A stretch of 64,000 nucleotides of DNA from a bacterium. GTDB lineage: Bacteria > Patescibacteriota > UBA1384 > CAILIB01. Numbering within the stretch: the first letter of the stretch is position 1; each line of letters starts with the position of its first letter. The DNA lies in the NCBI GenBank assembly GCA_037131105.1, contig JBAXRQ010000001.1:258039-322038 (forward strand), written 5' to 3'. Under the pieces are notes generated by a model. It saw nothing but the letters and a program-made list of their open reading frames with translations, was not told where the DNA came from and made no database searches. Positions 18,834 through 28,408 of this stretch are shown here, piece after piece. The translations under genes were made by a program, and so were the position numbers.

Positions 18834-19625
18834 ATGAATATCAACGTTCTCTATTTTGGGGATATTGTGGGAGAGTCCGGCCGCGACACTGTGGCCGAGC
18901 TGCTCCCTGGTCTCATCGAGGAATACGATCCCGACTTGATTCTGGCCAATGCCGACAACGCCACCCACGGCCGCGGCTTCTCGCTGAAACACTATGAGGA
19001 GCTCACGAAGCTCGGTATCGACGGCTTCGCTAGCGGAGACCACATTTGGCGCTACGAGGACATGGTGAGCGCTCTGGACGATCCTAGGACCATGGTGGCG
19101 CGCCCCGCCAACCATCACAAGGCGCCCGGCCGCGGCTACTTGGACTTCGTGGTGAAGGGGAAGCGGGTGCGCCTGATCCACCTAGTGGGGCAGGTGTTCA
19201 TGCCTACCCACGTTGACTCGCCGTTTCACACCTTGGACCGCATAGTCGCTCTTACCCCGACCCCCGATGTAGTTATCGTGGACTTCCATGCCGAGGCCAC
19301 CAGTGAGAAGCGGGCCCTGGCCGAGTACGCTGCAGGTAAGGCCCAGATGGTGGTCGGTACCCACACTCACGTGCCCACGGCCGATGCGCAGATATTGGCT
19401 TCCGGAACCGCCTTTATTTCCGACCTTGGAATGGTTGGTCCGCAGGATTCGAGTCTAGGAGCTGATAAAAATGAGGTGCTTAAGAATTTCTTGACAGGCC
19501 TTCCATGGCGATATAGTCTAGGGACAGGACAATGTGAGCTAGGAGCTGCTTTCTGCACGATTGACCTAAGCAAGGGGGTTGCAACTCATATCGAGCACAT
19601 TCGCCGTTTCGGCTCTGTCCAGTAA
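18834..19625 (+). CDS. ymdB: YmdB-family metallophosphoesterase
   Basis: GDIVG, DFHAEATSEK, GTHTHVPTAD; conserved position after rny. Confidence 0.93.
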   Translation: MNINVLYFGDIVGESGRDTVAELLPGLIEEYDPDLILANADNATHGRGFSLKHYEELTKLGIDGFASGDHIWRYEDMVSALDDPRTMVARPANHHKAPGRGYLDFVVKGKRVRLIHLVGQVFMPTHVDSPFHTLDRIVALTPTPDVVIVDFHAEATSEKRALAEYAAGKAQMVVGTHTHVPTADAQILASGTAFISDLGMVGPQDSSLGADKNEVLKNFLTGLPWRYSLGTGQCELGAAFCTIDLSKGVATHIEHIRRFGSVQ

Positions 19626-19664
19626 CTTACCCATCAGGCTCCGTTAGCAAAGGAGGAATCTACC

Positions 19665-19937
19665 ATGAATAAAGTCGAGCTCATCTCTGCGGTTGCGAGG
19701 AAGACCGGTCTTTCGAAGGCCGAGTCAGCTGCTGGTGTGAACGCCATGATCGGCCTCATCACCGGTGCGCTTAGCAAGAACGAGAAGGTTACCATCACCG
19801 GTTTTGGTGCCTTTGATGTCGGCGTTCGCCAGGCCCGCCGCGGTGTGAACCCTTATACCAAGAAGCATATTGAGATCCCTGAGCTGCGTCTGCCCCGCTT
19901 CCGCGCCGGCAAGGCATTGCGCCAATTGGTTAAGTAG
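19665..19937 (+). CDS. hup: HU DNA-binding protein
   Basis: MNKVELI...GFGAF...RRGVNP...FRAGKALR; strong AAGGAGG RBS. Confidence 0.95.
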   Translation: MNKVELISAVARKTGLSKAESAAGVNAMIGLITGALSKNEKVTITGFGAFDVGVRQARRGVNPYTKKHIEIPELRLPRFRAGKALRQLVK

Positions 19938-20099
19938 AACTTCCAACCTAGTTCTGGTAGAGTAAAAAGCGACTACAACAGTCGCTTTTTACATTGCCGT
20001 TGAATGGCGGAGATGCACTCATAGTCGAGGATTCCGGACCTGCCGAGGTCTCATAGAGGGAGGACCAAGACGAGAATGTGAGTGCATCTCTGCGAATAA

Positions 20100-20174
20100 G
20101 CCCCCGTAGCTCAATGGATAGAGCAGCCGCGTCCTAAGCGATTGATACTGGTTCGATTCCGGTCGGGGGTACCA
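20100..20174 (+). tRNA. tRNA-Arg (CCT)
   Basis: GCCCCCGTAGCTCAATGGATAGAGC...GTCCTAA...GGTTCGATTCCGGTCGGGGGTACCA; weak anticodon stem. Confidence 0.9.
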
Positions 20175-20272
20175 ATTTGAACAAAGATTAGGTGAAAAGC
20201 AAAAGGTCGACTCCCATAGTAGGAGTCGACCTTTTTGTTCAGCTTTCGCGCACTTTCTGAGATAGATGCAGT

Positions 20273-20998
20273 CTACAGCTTGGCGAACGTCGATACGACC
20301 TCGTCGTATACAGCCTTACCAGCGGCATAGTCGGTCGTCTGGTTCCCTGCAGTGGCATGGAAGAAAAGTGACATGATGTACTTACCCGTCGCGAAGTCTG
20401 CGTTCTCGCTCTTTCCGGCCTTCTCGCTATCCTCTGAGTACCGAATGCCGTACTGGCTGGTAAGCGACGTCAAGCTCGAGCCGCTGTTTACGCTCTTCAA
20501 ATAGGCAAGCTGGGTGCTGATGTCCTTGTTGTCCTGTGCTGGAAGTATATGGAGTGCCTGGATGACATACAGCTGGCTTCCGCTTGCCGGAGTAAGATCG
20601 GCGTTGAACGAGTTTCCGCCTGTTTCGTCGGTGGTCACCGCCACCTTCCAGTCGGTCGGATACTTGAACGAGAAGCCCATCTTCGTGTTCGTATATACTT
20701 TCCAGTTTGCCGTAGGATCTGGAGTCGCGGTCGGCGTGGCAGTTGGAGTGGGCGTTGCAGTGGCGACTGCCAGCGGGGTCGCCGTAGGCAGGGCGGCCAG
20801 CTGCGACTTCAGGCTGTCGACCTGGGCCTGGAGGGTGTTCTGGGAATCGGCACTCCGCTTGTTCTGGACCGCGTAAGTGATGCCTCCGGCGAGGGCGGCG
20901 GCGATTACAGCTGCGATCACTGCGGGCATGAGGGGGCTACTCTTTCTCTCTAGTCCCATCTCCCGCTGCGACTTCTGGTCAATCTTTTGCTCTTCCAT
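20273..20998 (-). CDS. Membrane-anchored surface protein, PsbP-like C-terminal domain
   Basis: TM, coiled coil and PT-repeat linker, then WKVYTNTKMGFSFKYPTDW. Confidence 0.75.
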   Translation of the reverse strand: MEEQKIDQKSQREMGLERKSSPLMPAVIAAVIAAALAGGITYAVQNKRSADSQNTLQAQVDSLKSQLAALPTATPLAVATATPTPTATPTATPDPTANWKVYTNTKMGFSFKYPTDWKVAVTTDETGGNSFNADLTPASGSQLYVIQALHILPAQDNKDISTQLAYLKSVNSGSSLTSLTSQYGIRYSEDSEKAGKSENADFATGKYIMSLFFHATAGNQTTDYAAGKAVYDEVVSTFAKL

Positions 20999-21075
20999 GT
21001 GACGACGTTAGGTGTTATATCTCATCCTTATCCATCATACGCCTTGGGAACCACCGGGACAAATACATCCCCCTG

Positions 21076-21594
21076 TCACCTCCTGCGACTTGCCGTCAGC
21101 CTCGACTGCACGGCCCTGAACAGCTCGGGGCTGATGATCGCCTGGTGCCTGCCAGGGATCAGCCTGCCGCCGTACCGCAGTGTCCCCGTATAGAAAGGGT
21201 TGGTGAGTATGGCATGGAGGGACGACGGCGCCAGGGACTCCCCGTTACGTGACCGCAGTCCCTTTTCGCCCACGCGCCTACCGGCCTCCCGGATTGAGCG
21301 CCCGCCGGCGACCAGTCGGAACAGTTCCCGGACAAGAGCGGCGGTCGCGGGGTCAGCCTCGATGACCGCACCGGCGCGGGACCTCACGTTGCGGTAGCCG
21401 ACCGGGGCGCAGCCGGGCATCACGCCGGCCTCTGCCCTCTCCCGCATGGCGGACCTGGCCTGCTGGGTCCAGAACGGCTGGAATGGGTGGGTATGCATGC
21501 CTCCAGTATGGCGCCGCGTGCCGCGGTCTTTGAGCCGGGTTGCGCTCGTGCAAGTGGCTTCCTCACCGACGAGTATTATTCCTATGTTAGGCAT
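21076..21594 (-). CDS. Recombinase-domain-only protein (LSR DNA-binding domain without catalytic or zinc domain)
   Basis: APVGYRN...VRELF...ILTNPFYTG...GRHQAIISPELFRAVQ; no YxRxS motif; start uncertain, possibly near 21498. Confidence 0.8.
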   Translation of the reverse strand: MPNIGIILVGEEATCTSATRLKDRGTRRHTGGMHTHPFQPFWTQQARSAMRERAEAGVMPGCAPVGYRNVRSRAGAVIEADPATAALVRELFRLVAGGRSIREAGRRVGEKGLRSRNGESLAPSSLHAILTNPFYTGTLRYGGRLIPGRHQAIISPELFRAVQSRLTASRRR

Positions 21595-21768
21595 GGCTCT
21601 CGTGCCTTATTTGCTGTCCCGATCCTTGGTAGCCACCAGTTGTTCTGCTGCACCAAAGTTAGATATTCGATAAACCAGGGGTACCAACATAAAAGACCGT
21701 CATATGACGGTCTTTTATGTTGGACTCTGGTGGAATCGAAACCGCGGTAGTTCCGCTTCGCTTCGCTA

Positions 21769-22470
21769 TTACAAGAACTTCACGCTTTCAACAAGACTAT
21801 GATAGGAATCGATGTTTTGGATCTCCCCCGGATCGGATCGGTCGATAGAATTCTCAATATACTCAATCCCGATTATGTAAAACGGCTTTCCGTCTCGGAG
21901 CGTGATGGTGGCAACCTCATAGAACCCCTCTGAATGTTCCGAAGCAGGGACTTTGAAGGCAACCTCCTGGGCTGGTAGTCCTCCTAGCATGGTTGCTCTC
22001 GGCTGGATGCCACTTGCTTTGTTTTGCTGAAGAAAATGGGTGACATAAGACGCTAGGGTGCCACTCCATGGCTTCTTCTCCGGGATAGTGCTGGCAGTCA
22101 TGCATATAGAGGCGGACGAGACGCATGGCGAACCAAAGGTGGCCGGCTCGGCGGGGTTCTCGCCGCCTTCCTCCGTAGAGATGATCCGTTTCCAATAGGG
22201 AGGAACGTTAAGGCTATACCCGAAGGTAGTACTGGTATACGCTACAGGCCTGCACCCCTCTGATTGGCAGTACGCTTTCCTTCCCGGACTCGAAGTGGGG
22301 GGTTCCTCAATGGGGGATTGCAAAGTGCCGTGGGTATGCATTGCTTGCTTCCGATAGGTGCCGTAGGCGGCGGCGCCAGCAATGGCCGCAGAGAATAGGG
22401 TGGCCAGAGCTATCAAGAGGATGAGTCCGGTTCTCGGTGAGAGGGACGGGAAACGGCTGTGTGATTTCAT
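21769..22470 (-). CDS. Membrane-anchored protein, PsbP-like domain
   Basis: N-terminal TM, YTSTTFGYSLNVPPYW, MLGGLPA. Confidence 0.65.
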   Translation of the reverse strand: MKSHSRFPSLSPRTGLILLIALATLFSAAIAGAAAYGTYRKQAMHTHGTLQSPIEEPPTSSPGRKAYCQSEGCRPVAYTSTTFGYSLNVPPYWKRIISTEEGGENPAEPATFGSPCVSSASICMTASTIPEKKPWSGTLASYVTHFLQQNKASGIQPRATMLGGLPAQEVAFKVPASEHSEGFYEVATITLRDGKPFYIIGIEYIENSIDRSDPGEIQNIDSYHSLVESVKFL

Positions 22471-22596
22471 GGTAATAGTTATGAATGAATACCTGCCTCA
22501 CTAGGTATATGCGATGGGGGGTACACCATATCGCTTCTCATGCCCCAGGACTATCTTCCTGGACATTAGTGGCCACTGTACGTAGCATGGAGCCAT

Positions 22597-23118
22597 ATGG
22601 AAGAGCATGACCTCTATAAACTGAGCTTTCCTCGCATTATCCGCTACTTCCTTTATCGGGATGTAGGCTCGGATGAGGCTGAGGACTTGGCTCAGGAGAC
22701 CTACGTCAGGTTCTTTGCCAAATATAGGTGCAATGATATGGATGAGACCGTCTGCATAAAGATTCTCTATACGATTGCCCGCAACATATATAGGGAGTGG
22801 GTGCGTGAGCGGGTGAATCGGCCCGTGTATGAGCTGCAGCAGGATTTTCCGATAACCGAACCGGTCGGCGGCGAGGATGACGTTGAGGGGTATGATGACA
22901 CCGAGGCGTTGCGTCCGCTTCTTATGGATGCCCTTGCCGGACTAAACCCTACATTGCGCCAGGTGGTTACATTGCGGCTGATTGAGGGGCTGACGCGACG
23001 CGAGACTGCGGAGAGGCTTTCGATAAAGGAAAAAGACGTGCATACCTATCAGAAGAGAGCGGTGCGCCAGCTGAGGGATAGGCTTTCAGATGTACCCCGG
23101 TCAGCATATACTTTTTAG
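22597..23118 (+). CDS. ECF-type sigma-70 factor
   Basis: EAEDLAQETY (region 2), LYTIARN, region 4 HTH EGLTRRETAERL. Confidence 0.9.
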   Translation: MEEHDLYKLSFPRIIRYFLYRDVGSDEAEDLAQETYVRFFAKYRCNDMDETVCIKILYTIARNIYREWVRERVNRPVYELQQDFPITEPVGGEDDVEGYDDTEALRPLLMDALAGLNPTLRQVVTLRLIEGLTRRETAERLSIKEKDVHTYQKRAVRQLRDRLSDVPRSAYTF

Positions 23119-23120
23119 AA

Positions 23121-23660
23121 ATGAAGAATACACGGAACCACATTCACTGGCTTTTACGCTCTGTTGGTAGGAAGCGCACTACCCGGGGTGAGATTTCCGA
23201 AATGCAGGACAGGGTATGGTCCGCTATTCAGGCGGCCAGGCTGGATGCGCCCGGCCGTGCCAAAGAAACAAGGGTCCTAACCAAAGTGAGCAGGTTCCCT
23301 TTTGGGGCGTTTCGAGCCGCTCTTTTCGTTTTTTCTTTCGCTCTCATAGTCTTTGGCGGCTTTGACTTTTACGGGGCCGTCCAGCGTTACGACCAAGACT
23401 CAAGAGGGGGCAGCTCTTTGGTGCAGGGATTGGGTAAGCCAGTGGTCAGCTACTCCCCTGTTGCCAATGTGTCGGATTCCCTTATTACGAGTCAAAGCCC
23501 GACACCTTCTCCCTCTTCTCAGGCAGAAACAAAAAAAACATCTGCTGACCACATACTTTCTTTTCTCGACAGCGCTGGCGGGAGGTCGCTTGTGGCTGGT
23601 CTGGCCTTGCTTATCGGTTGCGGTCTTTTCTATATGCTTATACGGTCCAGAAGGAGGTAG
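23121..23660 (+). CDS. Putative membrane anti-sigma factor
   Basis: Directly downstream of the ECF sigma gene; two TM segments. Confidence 0.5.
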   Translation: MKNTRNHIHWLLRSVGRKRTTRGEISEMQDRVWSAIQAARLDAPGRAKETRVLTKVSRFPFGAFRAALFVFSFALIVFGGFDFYGAVQRYDQDSRGGSSLVQGLGKPVVSYSPVANVSDSLITSQSPTPSPSSQAETKKTSADHILSFLDSAGGRSLVAGLALLIGCGLFYMLIRSRRR

Positions 23661-23785
23661 GGACGTACCGTGAGGACAGAAAGGTAAAGCGAGAATTCCG
23701 GTCGCCATCCCCACTCTTGCATCATGGGTTGGCGGTGCTAAGGTAGTGGTGTGCGAGAGAATTGAGTTGAAAGGAGCTGATTGTC

Positions 23786-24022
23786 ATGCCGAATATGGCG
23801 GGGATATTCTCCCCTCGACAGGCGGGAAGAGGCATTGGTCCTGACAGGGTTATTGGCTTGCTCCAGGCTATCCGGCCAGGAGTACCGGTAAAAGTCATGT
23901 CTGCTGACGAATGCAAAGCAGCCGCAAGCAGGATGGAACAAGCCGGTGAGCTTCAGTGGCGGGAGGACAAGGCTTCAAGCCTGGGGAGCATAGCAGTGAT
24001 CGCCGAGATGACACTCGGCTAG
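23786..24022 (+). CDS. Hypothetical protein
   Basis: 78-aa ORF with AAGGAG RBS. Confidence 0.45.
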   Translation: MPNMAGIFSPRQAGRGIGPDRVIGLLQAIRPGVPVKVMSADECKAAASRMEQAGELQWREDKASSLGSIAVIAEMTLG

Positions 24023-24146
24023 GCGTTTTCCGGTCAGATAATTTTCAGGCCCAGCTGGCTTCAGGAGGAAGCGGCTGGCCCCACTAAGTTTTCTGGTACT
24101 TGCCGTACTATTCCGCTAGCATAGAGACATACCCCTCACTTCTCCT

Positions 24147-24755
24147 ATGCCACAAGCGAAAAAGGGCACATTCATCGCGTTCGAAGGACTGGATGGCTCC
24201 GGCGAGTCCACCCAGGTAGCCTTGCTGGCTGAGCGACTACTCAAGGACGGCCACAAGGTATTGGTCACCAAGGAGCCCACCAACAATATTATCGGCGGCC
24301 TGATCCGTGGCGCCCTGACCCACGAGTGGAAGCCTACCAACCGGGTCATCCAGCTGCTCTACGCGGCTGACCGCGGCCACCACCTTCAGCGTGAGATTCT
24401 GCCGGCATTAGAGAAGGGCTTCGTGGTCATTACCGACAGGTACTTCTGGTCCACCATCGCCTTCGGCTCCTTGGACATGGACCCGGCCTGGCTGGAGATG
24501 CTGAACGAGGGCTACCAACTGCCTGACCTGGCCTTTTACGTGAACGTCTCGCCCAAGGCGGCCATGGGGCGCATGGAGTCCAGCCGCTTCGAGCTGGAGT
24601 TGTTTGAAAAGGAAGAGAAGCTGAGTAAGATTTCCGCTACCTACGCCAGTCTCCTGAAAAAGTATCCGGTACTGACCGATGTGAACGGGGAGAGGGACCG
24701 CGAAGTCATTCACAAGGAGATTTACGACGCCTGTAAGAACTATTTCAAAAAGTAG
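24147..24755 (+). CDS. tmk: Thymidylate kinase
   Basis: FIAFEGLDGSG, TKEP, LLYAADR, ITDRY. Confidence 0.95.
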   Translation: MPQAKKGTFIAFEGLDGSGESTQVALLAERLLKDGHKVLVTKEPTNNIIGGLIRGALTHEWKPTNRVIQLLYAADRGHHLQREILPALEKGFVVITDRYFWSTIAFGSLDMDPAWLEMLNEGYQLPDLAFYVNVSPKAAMGRMESSRFELELFEKEEKLSKISATYASLLKKYPVLTDVNGERDREVIHKEIYDACKNYFKK

Positions 24756-24764
24756 AGCACAGCC

Positions 24765-26384
24765 ATGCCAGACACCGAGCTAAACCCATACCTGAACAAG
24801 GGCGCCGAGGGCGAGCTGACCATTACTGCGGAAGGCTACACTGAGCTGGACCGGGTGCTGACCGACTCTAAGGGCCAGGTCTATGCCTTTACCGAGAATG
24901 CCTCTCCGCTGCTGGTGGCAGCCGCCATGGCCCGCCTTTCCCGTCGGGCAGGGGACATGCGCCTGACCTATCTGGATGAGTTTGCCACTACCGGTACAGC
25001 CGGAGCTGAAAAGCTCATTGAACGAGTGGTGACTGGATACGGAGATGACTCGGTGCAGCAGCTGGGAGGTATTCAGTTCGTCGTCGAAGGAGCCTCAAAT
25101 TGGCTTACCAAGCAGCTGGAACGGGGACGACTGGCCGCTTACCTGGAGCAGTCCACCCGTTATATTTACTTCGACCAGAAAGACGCTGACGGCTGCTATC
25201 TGTACTACGTGCCCAAGAACCTAGACAAGGCCACTAAGACTGAGTACGAGAAGACACTGGACGCCGTATTTGAAAGCTACTCGACCATGGTGCGGGGCCT
25301 TACCGACTACGTTCGCACCCAGAATCCGGAGCCTGAGGACAAGAAGGAGAGGACTGCCTGGATGAACGCTACCCGAGCCAAGGCTTGTGACGCCGTCCGC
25401 GCCGTCCTGCCTACTTCTACTAAGTCCACCGTGGGCATATTTGGCAGCTACCAGGCGGTGGAGATGCTGGTCATGCGGCTGCTCTCAGAGCCCATGCTGG
25501 AGGCTCAGGAAGTCGGAGAGGGTATTTTGGCTGCCGCCCGTGCCGTGGCACCTACCTTCTTCCGCAGAGCTGACATTCCAGAGCGTGGTGGAGCTACTAC
25601 CGCTTTTCGGGCTACTACTCGCCAGGCTATGCGTGAGATCGCCAAGGACCTGAAGGGCGAGGTGGTCAAAGATGCTCCGCTAATCCAACTTCTCGATTAC
25701 TGGCCCAAAAAAGAGCTTGATCTACTGCCCGGTATGCTCTTCGAGTTCAGCGCCCCCTTACTTCCCGGCCAGGTGACTGAGCAGGTGAAGACCTGGAGCA
25801 AGAAGCAGCAGGAAGAGGCCTTTGCCACCTACATGGGTACCCGCCTAAACCGTCGCCACAAGCCAGGGCGAGCAGCTGAGAAGGCCCACTTTGAGTGGGT
25901 GGTCACCGGTGACTACGGTACCTTCCGCGACCTGCAGCGCCACCGCCTGATGGACGAAATGCAGTGGCAGGCCCTGACTCCCTATCTGGGCTATGAGGTG
26001 CCTGAGATTGTCACGGAGGCCGGCCTCGAGAAGCCGTTTAGGAAGTGCTTTGAACTGTCCGAGAAGCTGTATAAGCTGCTGACCGACAAGGGCTATGTCC
26101 ATGAGGCCCAGTACGCCACTCTGCTTGGCCACCGCATGTCCTACCGCTTCACCGCCAACCTGCGCGAACTGTTCCATCTCTTTGAACTGCGCACCCAGCC
26201 CGACGGCCACCCCGGCTACCGGAAGATTTGTCTGGCCATGTATGAGGAGCTGAAGAAAGCCTATCCGCTTTCGGCCAAGGCCATGCGCTTCGTTAACCAG
26301 CGTGAGGATCCTGAGCTCGTGAGAATGGCAGCCGAACTCGCCACTCAGCATAAGTTAGAGCGTCTCGAGGCCCAAGGTAAATAA
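24765..26384 (+). CDS. thyX: FAD-dependent thymidylate synthase (two-domain ThyX)
   Basis: GYGDDSV, YLEQSTRY, RDLQRHR, ELRTQPDGHPGYR; adjacent to tmk. Confidence 0.9.
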   Translation: MPDTELNPYLNKGAEGELTITAEGYTELDRVLTDSKGQVYAFTENASPLLVAAAMARLSRRAGDMRLTYLDEFATTGTAGAEKLIERVVTGYGDDSVQQLGGIQFVVEGASNWLTKQLERGRLAAYLEQSTRYIYFDQKDADGCYLYYVPKNLDKATKTEYEKTLDAVFESYSTMVRGLTDYVRTQNPEPEDKKERTAWMNATRAKACDAVRAVLPTSTKSTVGIFGSYQAVEMLVMRLLSEPMLEAQEVGEGILAAARAVAPTFFRRADIPERGGATTAFRATTRQAMREIAKDLKGEVVKDAPLIQLLDYWPKKELDLLPGMLFEFSAPLLPGQVTEQVKTWSKKQQEEAFATYMGTRLNRRHKPGRAAEKAHFEWVVTGDYGTFRDLQRHRLMDEMQWQALTPYLGYEVPEIVTEAGLEKPFRKCFELSEKLYKLLTDKGYVHEAQYATLLGHRMSYRFTANLRELFHLFELRTQPDGHPGYRKICLAMYEELKKAYPLSAKAMRFVNQREDPELVRMAAELATQHKLERLEAQGK

Positions 26385-26462
26385 CGGGAGGCCGGAACGT
26401 TTCGACGCCTCCGCAGCCGGTAACAGGAAGGAAAGGACAGTGGCGAAAGGACCGGCCTCCTG

Positions 26463-27584
26463 TTATTCTGGCCAATTCTTGAAATACTTCGCTAGTTTGA
26501 TGCCGGTTTGGAACTGGTAATGAGATAGCTCAGCAACCTTTGAGCTTTGCTCACCGTAGAGTCGTGAAGGGATCTGCGAGACACTTTCATAGCGCATGAG
26601 GCAGACACCCTGACCATCGGCAAACTGCAGACGACGGTCGGTAAGGTTGCGGATCTCAAGTACTACACCGCTACCCTGGGTGTCCTGCTCGTCGTAGCCG
26701 AACCCTGGGTCGAAGTAGCCGGCGAAGTGGCTTCGGAATGGCCCCTGCTTCTCGGTGTAGGGGACCATTTCTGTGCTCATCCAGGGTAAAATACGTAGAC
26801 GTTCCTTGGTGGTCGCTAGAACGAACTCATGTGGCTCAAGCATTAGGCTGCCATCACGTTCGAGCCGTTTCTCGCGGAAGTAGTCGGTAGGATCGATGCT
26901 CTGGCGCTCGGCCAAATCCAGCGGCCGGCCATTGGGTATGCTTACCAGGTTTGAAGGTGCCCCAGTTAAATCGAGGTGCAAGAGAATGCCCTCATTGGTA
27001 AACACGGGTTTGAGGGTACCGCTCACCAAGGGGTCTTCCTGGTGGATCTTCTTCAGCTGCACACCTGTAAGGATGTCACGGACTCCTTTGAACAGGCGGA
27101 TCTGCATCAGGGTGTCGCCAGGGCGCAGGATGACCGGGAAGCTCTGGGCGCTCACCAGCAAGTAGAGGCTCCCCTTATATCCGGCCGGTATGACGTTGTA
27201 CTCGGTGCCACCTTCAGCTAATAGTGTACAGTCAAGATCGCATCGCCCGGCTGAGGACTTTGGGTTGGAATAGCCGACGATAGTCTTGGGGAGGTCAAGA
27301 GCACACTGGATTTTCACCAGGTAGTTGATGCCAGGCATGAGTACAATGGAGCCATCCTTGAGGTCGTGGGTGCTGTGGCAGTAGTTCTTGATGAAGTTCT
27401 TGCCGTCAAAGCCCTGGGCAAGACTGGGAATACAGCTGGCTTGGTAAGCGGTGGTGCCAATGGGAAGGTCAAAACCGCCTGGCTGCAGGTATTTGGCGGG
27501 CAGGGCGAGGGCCTTTTTGGCACGCAAGTCCTCGAGCTGGCTGTCGGTGAGTACGGCGCCCTTGCGCTTGGGGAGGGTGATCAT
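26463..27584 (-). CDS. dcd: dCTP deaminase (long form)
   Basis: QPGGFDL, NPKSSAGR, FRSHFAGYFDPGFG, VLEIR, HYQFQ. Confidence 0.85.
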   Translation of the reverse strand: MITLPKRKGAVLTDSQLEDLRAKKALALPAKYLQPGGFDLPIGTTAYQASCIPSLAQGFDGKNFIKNYCHSTHDLKDGSIVLMPGINYLVKIQCALDLPKTIVGYSNPKSSAGRCDLDCTLLAEGGTEYNVIPAGYKGSLYLLVSAQSFPVILRPGDTLMQIRLFKGVRDILTGVQLKKIHQEDPLVSGTLKPVFTNEGILLHLDLTGAPSNLVSIPNGRPLDLAERQSIDPTDYFREKRLERDGSLMLEPHEFVLATTKERLRILPWMSTEMVPYTEKQGPFRSHFAGYFDPGFGYDEQDTQGSGVVLEIRNLTDRRLQFADGQGVCLMRYESVSQIPSRLYGEQSSKVAELSHYQFQTGIKLAKYFKNWPE

Positions 27585-27732
27585 GGGTAATGGGCGATGA
27601 TAGGGTGTATCTCCAGTGTGCCAGAAATAGCCAGGCTTTCAAGCATCTCCTTCAGCTTGCTCACAGGTTACACTTTCTATACTAAAGGTATTCTGATAGT
27701 TTGAAAGTACCCTTTTAGCCGTAACGATCCCT

Positions 27733-28407
27733 ATGAACAATGAGCTGAAGATCGTGTTTCCTATCGCCGCCGTCGTGGTGATTGCACTGGGCGCAGTCGC
27801 CTACTTTGCCATCCGCTCGGCCCCGAGTACTCCCGTAGTCGTGCTGGCAACGCCATCTACGACCCTAACTGACGCCGGAAAGATTTCCCGTCCTGACCAG
27901 CGTTCCCGAGGCGCTACTAATGCCAAGGTCACCGTGGTTGAGTTTGGTGATTTCCAATGCCCCGCCTGTCAGACGGCCGAGCCTATCGTCCAGGAGCTGG
28001 TGCAGAAGTACAAGGATAAGAGCGTCAGCTTTGCATTCCGCAACTTCCCGCTCGACCAGCACGCCAACGCCCAGTCATCCGCCACGGCGGCTGAGGCAGC
28101 TGGTGCCCAGGGCAAGTACTGGGAGATGCATGACATGCTGTATTCTAAGCATGACGAGTGGGCGGAGACAACCTCAGCAGTGGCTGAGAACCATTTTATC
28201 GACTACGCCAAGCAGGTGGGTGTAAAGGACGCTGACAAGTTCAAGGCAGCCCTCGATAACCATTCCTACAATGAGATACTTGGACGCGACCTGGCTGATG
28301 CCGGAGGCCTTCAGCTACAGGGAACTCCCTCGTTCTTCGTAGACGAGAAGCCAGTCAGTGCTGTTACGGGAGTTGCGGCAGCTATTGACGCCGCACTGGC
28401 TAAATAG
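27733..28407 (+). CDS. DsbA-family thiol-disulfide oxidoreductase
   Basis: TM anchor, EFGDFQCPAC, FRNFPL, GTPSFF. Confidence 0.93.
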   Translation: MNNELKIVFPIAAVVVIALGAVAYFAIRSAPSTPVVVLATPSTTLTDAGKISRPDQRSRGATNAKVTVVEFGDFQCPACQTAEPIVQELVQKYKDKSVSFAFRNFPLDQHANAQSSATAAEAAGAQGKYWEMHDMLYSKHDEWAETTSAVAENHFIDYAKQVGVKDADKFKAALDNHSYNEILGRDLADAGGLQLQGTPSFFVDEKPVSAVTGVAAAIDAALAK

Positions 28408-28408
28408 T

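Larger units (their letters stand above)
20166..21687. mobile_element. Small integrated element at the tRNA-Arg(CCT) 3' end
   Basis: GGGGTACCAA direct repeat at 20166-20175 and 21678-21687; the second is followed by a terminator hairpin; carries a recombinase-domain gene. Confidence 0.65.

Noticed and set aside
20025-20050. SRP RNA (CAGGTCCGGAA on the minus strand)
   Set aside because: The required following GGAAGCAGC is missing; the similar-looking hairpin at 24049-24080 also lacks the full motif.
23660-23780. Riboswitch upstream of the 78-aa ORF
   Set aside because: Some pairing potential, but no aptamer consensus I could recognise.
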